A stretch of 64,000 nt of DNA from Acidimicrobiia bacterium (GCA_041576165.1 JBFGLM010000007.1:1-64000), one strand, 5' to 3'; shown: positions 1 to 9,477, counted from the stretch's first letter. Translations and numbers: made by a program. The notes: a model not told the origin generated them from the sequence alone.

Positions 1-372
1 GATGTCCAGATCGTCGGGAAGAAACACAACACTGCGGACATGACCCAGTAGGTCGGCCACCCGACCCAGACGCTGGCGGTTGACCTGCGCGCGGCGGCGA
101 CCGCCGCGCGGAATCTCCACTTCGATCAGCACTTCGCTTGCAGCCCGCTCCACCGACCCTCGCACGACCGCCGCGTCCGCCACATCGCGGATGAGAATCG
201 GGTCGGCAGCACCTCGGAACGATTTCAGCGTCGCCAGATAGGCAATCGACTCGATGACGTTGGTCTTACCGCTGGCGTTGGCGCCGACCAGCACGTTGAC
301 GCCGGGATCGGGCTGCCAGTCGAGCTCGATGTATGAGCGAAACTGGCTGAGCGTCAACCACGAGAGGCGCAC
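1..372 (-). CDS. recF: DNA replication/repair protein RecF (5' part, runs off window)
   Basis: Manual translation from GTG at 372: MRLSWLTLSQFRSY...VLVGANASGKTNVIESI (Walker A), immediately downstream of dnaN. Confidence 0.93.
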   Translation of the reverse strand, partial: MRLSWLTLSQFRSYIELDWQPDPGVNVLVGANASGKTNVIESIAYLATLKSFRGAADPILIRDVADAAVVRGSVERAASEVLIEVEIPRGGRRRAQVNRQRLGRVADLLGHVRSVVFLPDDLDI

Positions 373-377
373 GTCGT

Positions 378-1463
378 TCAGACGCGGACCGGCATCAACA
401 GGTACAAGAACTCGTCGTGTCCAACAGAGCGGATCACACTCGGCTTCAAACCGTCGATGACTTCGATCTGGACGTTCTCGCCCTCCATGGCAGAGACACC
501 GTCGGTGAGGTAGCGAGGATTGAATGCGATGAGGACCTCGGGATCAACTCCGGTGAACTCGCCCTCGATGTGCTCCGATTCGCCGCCAACATCCTGGCGC
601 GTCACCGTCACTTCTGCCCCGCCGTCCATCAGGGTCAGGCGGACCGGTATGTGATCTTCCGCCACCAGTGAAGCCCTTCCGAGTGCGTCCAGTAACTGCT
701 CCTTGTTGACGACCACCTTGTTGGGATAGGACTCGGGCAGCAACTGCCGGTAGTTCGGGAACGTCCCCTCGATGAGGCGCAGACTCATCGTCCCTCGATC
801 CGAACCGAACGCGGCCTCCCGACTGTGCAGTGCCACCTGGACCTTGGCCGAGCCGATCGTCCGGCTCAGTTCCCGTAAGCCCCTGGCCGGCACCAGCCCA
901 GTGGCATCGAGCCTGACCCCGGGCAGCTCGCGCATTGCCAACCGGTATGAGTCGGTCGCCACCAGACGAGCCCCGTTCTCGGCGTCCTCGAACAGCACGC
1001 CGGTCAGAATCGGCCGAGCAGCATCCGCTGAGGCACCAACCGTCACCTGGGCGATCGCCGTTGCCAGTTGATCGCCGTCAACGCCGGTCGCTCCAGTCAG
1101 ATCCGGCTCCGTGAGCTCGGGGAAGTCTTCGACCGACAGCTCCCGGAGGCTGAAACGCGGGCCTTTGCCGACGATCTCTACCTCAGCGTCGCTCGAGCCG
1201 ATCGTGACGGCGCCGGGTGGCATCTTGCGTACAGCCTCAGTGACCAGCCGCCCGGGAATGACAAACCGCCCCTCCTCCATCACTTCCACTTCGACGGTGG
1301 TACGAATCGTCATCTCGAGGTCAGTACCGGTGACGGTCAGAGTTCCCGCGCTCACCTCGCACAGGATGCCCTGCAGGATCGGTAATGCCGAGCGGACTCC
1401 AACCCCTCGGTTCGCTCGAGCGAAAACATCAGCGAGGTCGTCTCGATCGGCTCGGATACGCAC
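378..1463 (-). CDS. dnaN: DNA polymerase III beta sliding clamp
   Basis: ATDSYRLA, LIEGTFPNYRQL, IAFNPRYL, C-terminal LLMPVR; between dnaA and recF. Confidence 0.98.
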   Translation of the reverse strand: MRIRADRDDLADVFARANRGVGVRSALPILQGILCEVSAGTLTVTGTDLEMTIRTTVEVEVMEEGRFVIPGRLVTEAVRKMPPGAVTIGSSDAEVEIVGKGPRFSLRELSVEDFPELTEPDLTGATGVDGDQLATAIAQVTVGASADAARPILTGVLFEDAENGARLVATDSYRLAMRELPGVRLDATGLVPARGLRELSRTIGSAKVQVALHSREAAFGSDRGTMSLRLIEGTFPNYRQLLPESYPNKVVVNKEQLLDALGRASLVAEDHIPVRLTLMDGGAEVTVTRQDVGGESEHIEGEFTGVDPEVLIAFNPRYLTDGVSAMEGENVQIEVIDGLKPSVIRSVGHDEFLYLLMPVRV

Positions 1464-1650
1464 AGGTCTTGTTCCCTTCTGAGACTGTTGTAGTTCTATC
1501 TAAATGGAGAAGCAGTAGTAGGGGTTGTGGATTGTGGATGATTCTTGGAAACCCCAGGTCAGCTGTATTTTCGCGCATCAACAGGGCCGTTGAAGGCTTT
1601 CGTTGTTATCCACCACGTGTTTCGGGACCTCGCACTGGGAGTGGACAACT
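1464..1650. other. oriC: oriC unwinding region: DnaA boxes, DnaA-trios, AT-rich stretch
   Basis: dnaA-dnaN intergenic; box-like TGTGGATTG 1526-1534, TGTGGATGA 1533-1541, TTATCCACC 1606-1614, AGTGGACAA 1640-1648; GAG-AAG-CAG-TAG-TAG trios 1507-1521. Confidence 0.9.
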
Positions 1651-3036
1651 TCACGCTTTCCTCAGGTCCTGGGAGAGAGCTGTGACTCGCTCGAACAACT
1701 GTCGGTCGGACTGCATCAGTCGTTTGACCTTTTCGATGGCATGCAAAACCGTCGTGTGATCTCTCCCGCCGAACAGACGGCCAATGCGTGGTAGCGACAG
1801 GTCGGTGAGGTCGCGGCACAGGTACATGGCGGTTTGACGGGCCATGACCAGCGGCTGACGCCGGCTGGGGCCGGCCAACTCCTCTGGGTCGAAGCCGTAG
1901 AGAGTGGCGGTGGCGCCGATGATCTCTTCCGGCGTCGGCGGACGCAGGTCGGCGGCCGGCATCAGATCCCGGAGGACATCACGGGCCATCTCCAGCGTGA
2001 CGGCCTGGCCGGTGAGCGCGGCGTATGCAGTGACTCTGGTGAGTGCCCCCTCTAGCTCCCGGATGTTGTCCGAGACCCGCGCCGCGATGAGCTCCAGCAC
2101 TTCGACCGGCACGGGAGTCGGTGCAAAGTCGGCGTTCTTGCGAAGGATCGCCAGTCGGGTCTCGACGTCCGGCGGCTGGATGTCGGTGAGCAGACCCCAT
2201 TCGAACCGGCTCCGCAGCCTGTCTTCGAGGGTCGAGAGACTCTTGGGATGGCGATCGGAGCTGATCACCATCTGTTTGCCCGACTCGTAGAGGCTGTTGA
2301 AAGTGTGGAAGAACTCCTCGAGGATCTGTTCCTTCCCCTCGAAGAACTGGACGTCGTCCAACAGCAGGACGTCCGTGGTTCGGTAGCGGCCCTTGAACGA
2401 GTCCATGCGCTTGCGGCGGATGCCATCGATGAACTCGTTGAAGAAATTCTCAGACGTCACATATCGAACGGTCTGGCCGGGATCGAGCTCCAACGCGTGC
2501 TGTCCAACTGCGTGGAGCAAATGGGTCTTACCCAGCCCGGCACCCCCATAGATGAACAGCGGGTTGTAGTGGGCGCCGGGTTTCTCGGCTACCGCCATGG
2601 CGGCGGCCCAGGCGAAGCGGTTGGACTGTCCGACGACGAAGTTCTCGAAGGTGTACTTGCCGGTGTTGGGCTGTACCCGGGTGCTGGGGGTGGCCCCGAC
2701 CTCGGGACCGGCCGATTCGTCGGCCGGGATTTCGAAAGGAATCAGATCTACGTCGTCCAAGCCGTCATCCAGCGTACGGGACTCCGCCACCGCATAATCA
2801 ATGTCGACGGGATGGTGCAGCAGTTCGGTCAGGGCCTGACAAATCAGCTCGGCATGTTTGTCCCTGACCCACTGAAGATGGAGGTCGGATGGCGCCGTTA
2901 CCCGAACTGCCGAGCCGCCCAGGTGTTCGAACTCGAGTGCCGACAGCCAGGTTCGCCAGGTAACCGGGCTGACCTTTCCCTCCAGAGTGTCACGTATATG
3001 GGTCCAGTCAGCATCGACTGTCTGCGGTTCCGCCAC
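1651..3036 (-). CDS. dnaA: Chromosomal replication initiator DnaA
   Basis: YNPLFIYGGAGLGKTHLL, LLLDDVQF, RELEGAL, GGRDHTTVLHA; start moved to GTG 3036 (purine-rich SD upstream; ORF-track extension runs over DnaA boxes). Confidence 0.98.
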   Translation of the reverse strand: MAEPQTVDADWTHIRDTLEGKVSPVTWRTWLSALEFEHLGGSAVRVTAPSDLHLQWVRDKHAELICQALTELLHHPVDIDYAVAESRTLDDGLDDVDLIPFEIPADESAGPEVGATPSTRVQPNTGKYTFENFVVGQSNRFAWAAAMAVAEKPGAHYNPLFIYGGAGLGKTHLLHAVGQHALELDPGQTVRYVTSENFFNEFIDGIRRKRMDSFKGRYRTTDVLLLDDVQFFEGKEQILEEFFHTFNSLYESGKQMVISSDRHPKSLSTLEDRLRSRFEWGLLTDIQPPDVETRLAILRKNADFAPTPVPVEVLELIAARVSDNIRELEGALTRVTAYAALTGQAVTLEMARDVLRDLMPAADLRPPTPEEIIGATATLYGFDPEELAGPSRRQPLVMARQTAMYLCRDLTDLSLPRIGRLFGGRDHTTVLHAIEKVKRLMQSDRQLFERVTALSQDLRKA

Positions 3037-3073
3037 CTTCTCTCCCCTCTGAGCCCTGCCCGGCCCAAGAACG

Positions 3074-3254
3074 TAATCCACAAGGCTTTCCACATGTGTG
3101 GATACGTATGCCCCAGGCCTCGGTCCAGCTCGGACACCGATGACCCCTCCAAATTCTGGGAAGTGCAGCCCGACCCCCTCACGGGCCGTGCGAGTGTAGG
3201 TATTGTGGATTTCTCCGATCAAGAGTGCGAAATGCCAGGCTTAATTGTGGTTGT
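3074..3254. promoter_or_regulatory. DnaA-box cluster upstream of dnaA (autoregulation or second half of a bipartite origin)
   Basis: TAATCCACA 3074-3082, CTTTCCACA 3086-3094, TGTGGATAC 3097-3105, TGTGGATTT 3204-3212, weaker TGTGGTTGT 3246-3254. Confidence 0.75.
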
Positions 3255-3485
3255 CGGGGCACGATACGCGCGAACGCCCAGGTGAGTGGCCAACGAGTCG
3301 CGCGGAGAGTCGAGGTTTCGGGCTGGGGAACGAAGCAGCGCCTCCTAACCAAGTTTTCGCGCCCTATGCTTTTTCTTCGCGGCTTGTCGGACCGCCCGGT
3401 TCGACTACGTGGCACCCTTCGCTAGCTTTGACAAAAGTCTTCAAGCCTCCGTAGGCTTTTCGTACCTCGAGTCGAAAGTTCCCCG

Positions 3486-3620
3486 ATGAAACGCACATAT
3501 CAGCCGAATGTGCGGCGACGGAAGCGCAAGCACGGATTCCGGAGTCGCATGCGGACTCGTGCCGGTCGCGCCATCATCAAGCGCCGGCGCGTGAAAGGCC
3601 GCACCCGTCTCACCGCCTGA
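3486..3620 (+). CDS. rpmH: 50S ribosomal protein L34 (44 aa, not in ORF track)
   Basis: [44 protein letters not shown]. Confidence 0.98.
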   Translation: MKRTYQPNVRRRKRKHGFRSRMRTRAGRAIIKRRRVKGRTRLTA

Positions 3621-3621
3621 G

Positions 3622-3960
3622 GTCCGGCAGGGCTTCACTCCCCTCAAATCCCGGAATCAGTTCGACCGTGTGTTTGCCGGAGGCCGCAGACGCCGGGTTG
3701 GTGGTCTCACCATCCTGACCGTCGACACGAACGAACCTGTGACAAGGGTGGGTTTGGTGGTAAACCGGCGGGTGGGTAATGCGGTGATGCGGAATCGGGT
3801 GAAGCGCCGGCTGCGGGCGGCCCTGCGGTTGGTGCCTCTCGGTCAGGGGCGCGATCACGTGGTGATCGCCACCTCTGCGGTGGTGACCGTGGACTTCCGC
3901 ACGTTGGTGCGGTGGCTGGATACGGGCTGCGGAGAACAAACGAGCGAAGGCGAACTATGA
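3622..3960 (+). CDS. rnpA: Ribonuclease P protein component (start uncertain)
   Basis: RNR motif [15 protein letters not shown]; the N-terminal helix [11 protein letters not shown] lies mostly upstream of the first canonical start (GTG 3670). Confidence 0.88.
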   Translation, partial: VRQGFTPLKSRNQFDRVFAGGRRRRVGGLTILTVDTNEPVTRVGLVVNRRVGNAVMRNRVKRRLRAALRLVPLGQGRDHVVIATSAVVTVDFRTLVRWLDTGCGEQTSEGEL

Positions 3961-4244
3961 GCAGCGGCAACCGGGACAAAGTGACGGCAACGGCGCCATG
4001 TCCGGACCATCCATCGCCCCCTGCTCGCGTGGTTCTGTGGGCCGTTCGAGGATATCAGCGGGGCATCTCCCCCTCACTTGGAAAAAATTGCCGGTACCTC
4101 CCTACCTGTTCCGCTTACACGGCCCAGGCCATCGCCCGCTTCGGGCTGATCCGCGGCGGATGGCTGGGTTTACGACGGATCGGTCGTTGCCATCCGCTCC
4201 GCGAAGGCGGATACGATCCCGTGCCTGAGCGAGGGGATGGCTGA
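3957..4244 (+). CDS. yidD: Membrane protein insertion efficiency factor YidD
   Basis: [31 protein letters not shown]; ATGA overlap with rnpA. Confidence 0.93.
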   Translation: MSSGNRDKVTATAPCPDHPSPPARVVLWAVRGYQRGISPSLGKNCRYLPTCSAYTAQAIARFGLIRGGWLGLRRIGRCHPLREGGYDPVPERGDG

Positions 4245-5089
4245 TGGGCGCCTTGTGGAATGGACTGCTCGAGTTGCTGGCGAGTGTCCTGTCGGTTTTC
4301 TACGACGTCATTCCAAATCTTGGAATTTCAATTATCTTGTTGACGCTGCTCGTGAACGCGCTCGTGTTTCCCCTGACCCTCAAGCAAACACGGTCGACGC
4401 GGGCGATGCAGGTGATCCAGCCGGAGGTCGAGCGCCTTCGCAAGGAGCACAAGGAAGAACCTGAGGTCTTGAACCAGGAGATCATGAAGCTCTACAAGGA
4501 GCGGGGGGTGAATCCGGCCGGCTGTTTCCTCCCGCTGCTGGTACAGATGCCGATCTGGTTCGCCCTGTTCCGGGTACTTCGAGAACCGCTGGAGTTTGTC
4601 CCAGCCGGATCAGGTCTGGCCGATGCCCTGGCCAATGGGTCCCAGGGTTTTCTGGGAATGGACCTGGCCGTGGCACCGTCGGCAGTGCTCAGCGAACAGG
4701 GGTTTGGAGCCGCGATTCCGTACCTGCTACTCGTCGGCGTGGTAGTCGCCACCGGCGTGCTCCAGCAGCGGGTGTCGATGGCGAGCCCCTCCGGCAACTC
4801 GACACCGTCGAATCCGCAGGCAGAGCAGATGCAGCGGATCGGGAAGATCATGCCGTTGTTCTTCGGCGTGATCAGTTATATCTGGCCTGCCGGCCTCAAC
4901 CTGTACTTTGCTACGAGCAACCTGTTCCGCTCGGGCCAAATGGTCCTGATCAATCGGATTGACGGTCCGCCGGGTGCACAGGCTGAGGCCGAACCGGCAC
5001 CCAAAGAGCCGCCCCCGGAATCGGAGAAGCCCAAACCTTCTAGACCGCAGGGTTCGGCCAAGAAGCGTAAGCGGCGCAGGAGGAACTGA
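4244..5089 (+). CDS. yidC: YidC/Oxa1 membrane protein insertase
   Basis: GVNPAGCFLPLLVQMPIWFALF, PAGLNLYFATSN. Confidence 0.95.
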   Translation: MGALWNGLLELLASVLSVFYDVIPNLGISIILLTLLVNALVFPLTLKQTRSTRAMQVIQPEVERLRKEHKEEPEVLNQEIMKLYKERGVNPAGCFLPLLVQMPIWFALFRVLREPLEFVPAGSGLADALANGSQGFLGMDLAVAPSAVLSEQGFGAAIPYLLLVGVVVATGVLQQRVSMASPSGNSTPSNPQAEQMQRIGKIMPLFFGVISYIWPAGLNLYFATSNLFRSGQMVLINRIDGPPGAQAEAEPAPKEPPPESEKPKPSRPQGSAKKRKRRRRN

Positions 5090-5093
5090 CGGC

Positions 5094-6032
5094 GTGGTGG
5101 AATGGATCGAAGTCAAAGGCCCTACGGTCGATCTGGCAGTAGAAGTCGCAATGAGTGAGCTGGGTATCACCGATCGCGAGCTGATCGAAGTAGAGGTGCT
5201 AGAACAGCCGGACAAGGGCTTTCTCGGGATTGGGCGGCGCGACGCGGTGGTCCGCGTCAAGAAGAAGCCCGCTCGCCGACGGCGGCGGGGCCGGGGGGGA
5301 CGGGAGAAGGACGGCGCCCCTCGGTCAGACGGCAAGAGCACGGCCGGCAGCGGACGACGGTCGAGTTCAGACCGGCGGGAACAAGGCGGCGCCAGGTCGA
5401 AAGGGCAACCCCGACCCCGGAGCCAGGGCCAAGGTCGCGATCGCAATCAGGTGGCCAGGTCAAAAGATCAAGGCCGGTCCAAGGGCCGACCCGCGGACAA
5501 AACCGGCAAGGTAGAGGCAGCGCGAGCCAGATCGGAAGCAGAGGACAGCGGCGTGGAAGAGCAACCGACGCGAGAAGTTGATGTACAAGAACAAGCCGAC
5601 GTTGCCCGGGAGTTCCTGCTCGGGCTCTTGGACGTATTCGGCCTGGAGGGAGAGGTGTCGGTCCGGCTGGATGACGATGTGATCCTGGTCGATATCAACG
5701 GCGGGCAAACCGAGGCGCTGATCGGCGATAAGGCTGCGATCATGTATGCCATACACGAGCTGACCCGTACGGTTGTGCAACGGAAGACGATGGCCAACGC
5801 CCGCCTCCGGTTGGACATCGGCGGCTACGCCGAGCGGCGGCGGGAGGCGCTGGGCGTGTATGCGACCCGTCTGGCGGAAAAGGTGCTCGAGGATGGTGGC
5901 GAGATCATGCTCGAACCGATGAACCCTGCCGACCGTAAGGTGGTCCACGACGCCATCACCGATATCGAAGGGGTCCGGACGTTCTCGGAGGGCGACGAGC
6001 CTCGCCGGTCGGTAGTGATCGCGCCGGAGTAG
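5094..6032 (+). CDS. jag: Jag/KhpB (EloR) RNA-binding protein: Jag_N, KH, R3H
   Basis: EVLEQPDKGFLGIG; R3H motif MNPADRKVVHDAI; SD AGGAGG at 5078-5083. Confidence 0.93.
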   Translation: MVEWIEVKGPTVDLAVEVAMSELGITDRELIEVEVLEQPDKGFLGIGRRDAVVRVKKKPARRRRRGRGGREKDGAPRSDGKSTAGSGRRSSSDRREQGGARSKGQPRPRSQGQGRDRNQVARSKDQGRSKGRPADKTGKVEAARARSEAEDSGVEEQPTREVDVQEQADVAREFLLGLLDVFGLEGEVSVRLDDDVILVDINGGQTEALIGDKAAIMYAIHELTRTVVQRKTMANARLRLDIGGYAERRREALGVYATRLAEKVLEDGGEIMLEPMNPADRKVVHDAITDIEGVRTFSEGDEPRRSVVIAPE

Positions 6033-6051
6033 CCGCCGATTCGGCGGCAAG

Positions 6052-6075
6052 AGAATGGGGTCGGCCCCTTCTTTT
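6052..6075 (+). terminator. Probable intrinsic terminator after jag
   Basis: AGAATGGGG-TCGG-CCCCTTCT followed by T run. Confidence 0.55.
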
Positions 6076-6077
6076 GA

Positions 6078-6093
6078 CGTTTCACGTGAAACA
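6078..6093. promoter_or_regulatory. parS: parS centromere site 1
   Basis: CGTTTCACGTGAAACA, one mismatch to TGTTTCACGTGAAACA. Confidence 0.9.
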
Positions 6094-6124
6094 TTGTTTG
6101 GCCGCATGCAACGCAGCAGCCATC

Positions 6125-6751
6125 ATGTTTCACGTGAAACATGACTGTCTCCGGCACTTGATCGAGGGAGGTCTCCCGGCCTTGAACGCCGTCCAGAGTT
6201 CCCAACTGGAGCGGCTGGCAGTCTGGCTCGAAACCGAGGCGGTGGCCGGCGGTGGGATCGGACCGAACGAAGTCGATCGGCTGTGGTCCCGTCACATCTG
6301 TGATTCCCTCGCATTCGCCTTGGTGGCAGAGCCGATTCCCGACCGGGCGGTCGATGTTGGCACTGGTGTCGGCTTGCCCGGGTTGCCGTTGGCCATCCAG
6401 TGGCCCGGTACCAGATGGACGCTGATCGATCGCTCAGGGAGGCGAGCCGAGCTCGCCCGGCGAGCTGTGCGCATCCTCGGGCTGGAGAACGTGGTCGTTT
6501 CGCAGGAGTCACACGCCGATCTCTCGGAGACCTGGCCTTTGGTCGTATCGCGGGCGACGTTGCCGCTCGAGACGGCGGTCGCCGAGTTGGGTCGTCTGGT
6601 GGCGCCGGGCGGACGAGCCATCGTCGCCCTCCGCCGAGGGGCACAAGAGCCGCCTATCCCGCCCGCTCCCTCGCGAATAAAAGTCGAGCTCAACCTTATA
6701 GAAGTACTTGACCCTCCCGCCTGGTTCCTTAAGATTCAACCCTGTGACTGA
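6125..6751 (+). CDS. rsmG: 16S rRNA m7G527 methyltransferase RsmG (start uncertain)
   Basis: LWSRHICDSL, VDVGTGVGLPGLPLAI, VVSRA; position before parA. Confidence 0.9.
   Translation: MFHVKHDCLRHLIEGGLPALNAVQSSQLERLAVWLETEAVAGGGIGPNEVDRLWSRHICDSLAFALVAEPIPDRAVDVGTGVGLPGLPLAIQWPGTRWTLIDRSGRRAELARRAVRILGLENVVVSQESHADLSETWPLVVSRATLPLETAVAELGRLVAPGGRAIVALRRGAQEPPIPPAPSRIKVELNLIEVLDPPAWFLKIQPCD
6126..6141. promoter_or_regulatory. parS: parS centromere site 2
   Basis: Perfect TGTTTCACGTGAAACA inside a 22-bp palindrome 6123-6144. Confidence 0.95.
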
Positions 6752-6755
6752 CCAC

Positions 6756-7529
6756 ATGCGCATCGTGGCCATTGCCAATCAAAAAGGGGGAGTCGGCAAG
6801 TCCACCACGGCTATCAACCTGGGAGCAAGCCTCGCCTTGCAAGGGGATCGAGTGTTGATCGTGGACCTCGACCCGCAGGGGAACGCCACCTCGGGCCTCG
6901 GCATCGATCGCGAACAGGTCGACGTATCGATTTATGATGCGCTTTTAGGTGATAAAACGATGGATGACGTTATTGAAGCGACATCTGTCCGTAATCTGTT
7001 CGTGGCGCCGGCCACAATCGATCTGGCGGGCGCCGAGATCGAGTTGGTGTCGGTGTTCTCCCGGGAGATGCGGTTGGGTCACGCATTGCGGGAGTTGGAT
7101 GACTCGTACGACTTCTGTCTCGTCGACTGTCCTCCCAGTCTGGGCCTGCTGACGGTCAATGCGCTGGCGGCCGCGGATGAGGTACTGATCCCGATCCAGT
7201 GTGAGTATTACGCCCTGGAGGGTGTGAGCCAGCTGCTCAAGAACATCGACCTCGTCAAGCAGAACCTCAACTCGAGGGTGCATGTGGGAGGCGCCATCCT
7301 GACTATGTTCGACGGACGCACCAACCTGTCGGCCGACGTGGCCGCCCAGGTCCGGGAGTTCTTCGGCGACAAAGCGTATCGCACCGTCGTGCCCCGGTCC
7401 GTGCGCCTGTCGGAGGCCCCTTCGTACGGAGAACCGATTGAATCGTTCGATCCCATGAGTCGGGGCGCCATTGCTTACCGGGAGCTGGCCCGGGAGTTCC
7501 GGCGCCGGCATGGACGGGGCGAGCAGTGA
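6756..7529 (+). CDS. parA: Chromosome partition ATPase ParA/Soj
   Basis: ANQKGGVGKSTT, DLDPQGNA, DCPPSLGLLT, QCEYYALEG; alternative GTG start at 6744. Confidence 0.97.
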   Translation: MRIVAIANQKGGVGKSTTAINLGASLALQGDRVLIVDLDPQGNATSGLGIDREQVDVSIYDALLGDKTMDDVIEATSVRNLFVAPATIDLAGAEIELVSVFSREMRLGHALRELDDSYDFCLVDCPPSLGLLTVNALAAADEVLIPIQCEYYALEGVSQLLKNIDLVKQNLNSRVHVGGAILTMFDGRTNLSADVAAQVREFFGDKAYRTVVPRSVRLSEAPSYGEPIESFDPMSRGAIAYRELAREFRRRHGRGEQ

Positions 7530-8380
7530 CCGCCCGGAGGTCAGGGCTGGGCCGCGGGCTGGAAGCCCTCATACCAAAAACAGAGCGCAGCTCCTTCACC
7601 ATGGTTGCGACCGGGGCGGTGCGGCCGAACCCCCATCAGCCGCGGACGGTGTTCGGCGACGAAGCCCTGGAGAGCCTGGCCGCGTCGATCCGGGAGGTCG
7701 GCATCCTGCAGCCCCTGGTCGTGCGAGAAGCGGACGACGATTCCTATGTCTTGATCGCCGGGGAACGCCGCTGGAGAGCCGCGCAGGCGGCCGGCCTGGA
7801 CGAGGTACCCGCCATCGTCCGCCAGGGGGACGAAACGTCGTCACTCACCGAAGCCCTGATCGAGAACATCCAGCGCGAAGACCTGTCGCCGCTGGAGGAA
7901 GCGGCCGCCTACCAGCAGCTGCAGGAAGACTTCGGACTGACGCACGCTGAGATCGGCCAGCGAGTTGGAAAAAGTAGGGCGGCGATCAGCAACTCCCTAC
8001 GCCTTCTCTCGCTCCCGCCCGCCATCCAGGCCCTGATGCGGGAGGGACGCCTGTCAGCGGGCCACTCGCGGGCTCTGCTGGGTCTGGAAGATTTTGCCTA
8101 TGCGATACATGTGGCGGAGAAGGCGGCGGATGAAGGCTGGTCCGTCCGTCAGGTAGAAGATGCCGTGCGGGCTCGGGTCAACGCCGCCGATGAGCCGGCG
8201 CCTCGCCCGAAGCTGACTGAAGTCCGCCCGGCGGCCATCATCGAACTCGAGCAGCGGCTACAAGAGCAATTGGGGGCCCCGGTGAAGATCTCCTACCGGA
8301 ACAACAAGGGCCGGGTCACCATGCGCTTCACGTCGCTGGAGCAGCTGGAGCAGATCTACCGCAGGTTCTTTGGGGCGTAG
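7526..8380 (+). CDS. parB: Chromosome partition protein ParB/Spo0J
   Basis: GLGRGLEALI, IAGERRWRA, ENIQREDL, HTH. Confidence 0.97.
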   Translation: MTARRSGLGRGLEALIPKTERSSFTMVATGAVRPNPHQPRTVFGDEALESLAASIREVGILQPLVVREADDDSYVLIAGERRWRAAQAAGLDEVPAIVRQGDETSSLTEALIENIQREDLSPLEEAAAYQQLQEDFGLTHAEIGQRVGKSRAAISNSLRLLSLPPAIQALMREGRLSAGHSRALLGLEDFAYAIHVAEKAADEGWSVRQVEDAVRARVNAADEPAPRPKLTEVRPAAIIELEQRLQEQLGAPVKISYRNNKGRVTMRFTSLEQLEQIYRRFFGA

Positions 8381-8419
8381 CTGCCGACGCCCGGCGACAA
8401 CCGGCCCACCGCATGACCA

Positions 8420-9397
8420 TCACCCTTGTGCTCTGGTGGACCACTGCTCCCGGAAGAGTCGTTCGAGTGCCTCGATGACCCGCGATCCGCACTCGGCGTC
8501 GAGGCGATCCGTTGCCACCAATACCGCCGGTGCCCGCGTCTCCTTGAGGATGGCGGGAGCCCGGCCGTCGACGGGAAGACCCAACTCCGCAGCCACCACC
8601 ACGGCGAGCGAAGCACCCGCCTCGCTGCGGCTGTGCGGTGAGGCAAAAAAGAACACTCCCTGACCATCGGCGTAGGGCATCTGGAACGAAACCACCAGAT
8701 TGGCTCCGAGTCGGTTGGCGCGACGGGCACGCACGCGCTCGGGGAACGACGTGTCGACACTGCGCGAGAGCACCGGCACGCCGCCGCGCTCCTGCAATGC
8801 GAGGGCCGCGGCCGTGATGGCCTCCCAAGATTTTCCAGTCTCGAGATCGTCCCGGCAGCCGCCATCCAAGAAGATACGAGTGCCGACCAGCGACGTCGGC
8901 AGCTCGCGAAGCCACTGCCGCTCGCGTACGGTCTCACGGCCGGTCTTGTGGGACGCGTGGCTGACGAGGCCCAGCTCTGCTACCAGGACGGGACCGGCGA
9001 TACCGTCCTCGGCCATGCCCCGATTCTCCTGGAATTCGGAAACGGCCCGGCGAGTGTCCGGCCCGAATATGCCGTCGACCTTGCCGGCGTCGAATCCCAG
9101 CGAGTTGAGCCGGCGCTGCAATTCCGCCACGTCGTCGCCCCGCATCATGGGGCGTCGGTGCCATAGCAGTCGATCGCCCAGCCGATAGCTGGCCTCCCAC
9201 AGGGTGCGCCACGTGTCGGGTCCGACGATGCCGTCGGGGGAAAGGCCCCGCTGTTTCTGAAAGGCCGTTACCGCGTCGAAAGTACCCTTGTCGAACTCAC
9301 CCCTGGCGTCGTCGCCGCATTTGAAGCCGAGCGCGAAAAGCCGGTCCTGGATGTCCCGGACGGGCCGCCCTGAATCTCCGTGCCGATACAGCCGCAT
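8420..9397 (-). CDS. cwlM: CwlM-like protein: two peptidoglycan-binding domains plus degenerate amidase_3 domain
   Basis: PG-binding repeats (FQKQRGLSPDGIVGPDTW, VDGIFGPDT); amidase-like ERVRARRANRLGANLVVS and AILKETRAPAV; syntenic between trxA and parB. Confidence 0.8.
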   Translation of the reverse strand: MRLYRHGDSGRPVRDIQDRLFALGFKCGDDARGEFDKGTFDAVTAFQKQRGLSPDGIVGPDTWRTLWEASYRLGDRLLWHRRPMMRGDDVAELQRRLNSLGFDAGKVDGIFGPDTRRAVSEFQENRGMAEDGIAGPVLVAELGLVSHASHKTGRETVRERQWLRELPTSLVGTRIFLDGGCRDDLETGKSWEAITAAALALQERGGVPVLSRSVDTSFPERVRARRANRLGANLVVSFQMPYADGQGVFFFASPHSRSEAGASLAVVVAAELGLPVDGRAPAILKETRAPAVLVATDRLDAECGSRVIEALERLFREQWSTRAQG

Positions 9398-9477
9398 GCG
9401 GGTCCAATCGTCGCAGATTCCAAACGAATTCGCCTTCTTCGAAGTTCCGGAAGCGCATGATCCGCAGGCGCGATGGC

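Noticed and set aside
3037-3222. 62-aa N-terminal extension of DnaA in the ORF track
   Set aside because: Overlaps DnaA boxes and promoter region; a good SD precedes GTG 3036
2248-3285. 345-aa plus-strand ORF over dnaA, and similar long antisense ORFs (14858-16012, 16251-17540, 34677-36014, 38654-39994, 62550-63854)
   Set aside because: Shadow ORFs expected in high-GC DNA opposite well-supported genes; no recognisable motifs
5260-5560. Arg/Gly/Ser-rich low-complexity stretch in jag as a repeat or insertion
   Set aside because: Typical disordered linker of Jag/KhpB proteins
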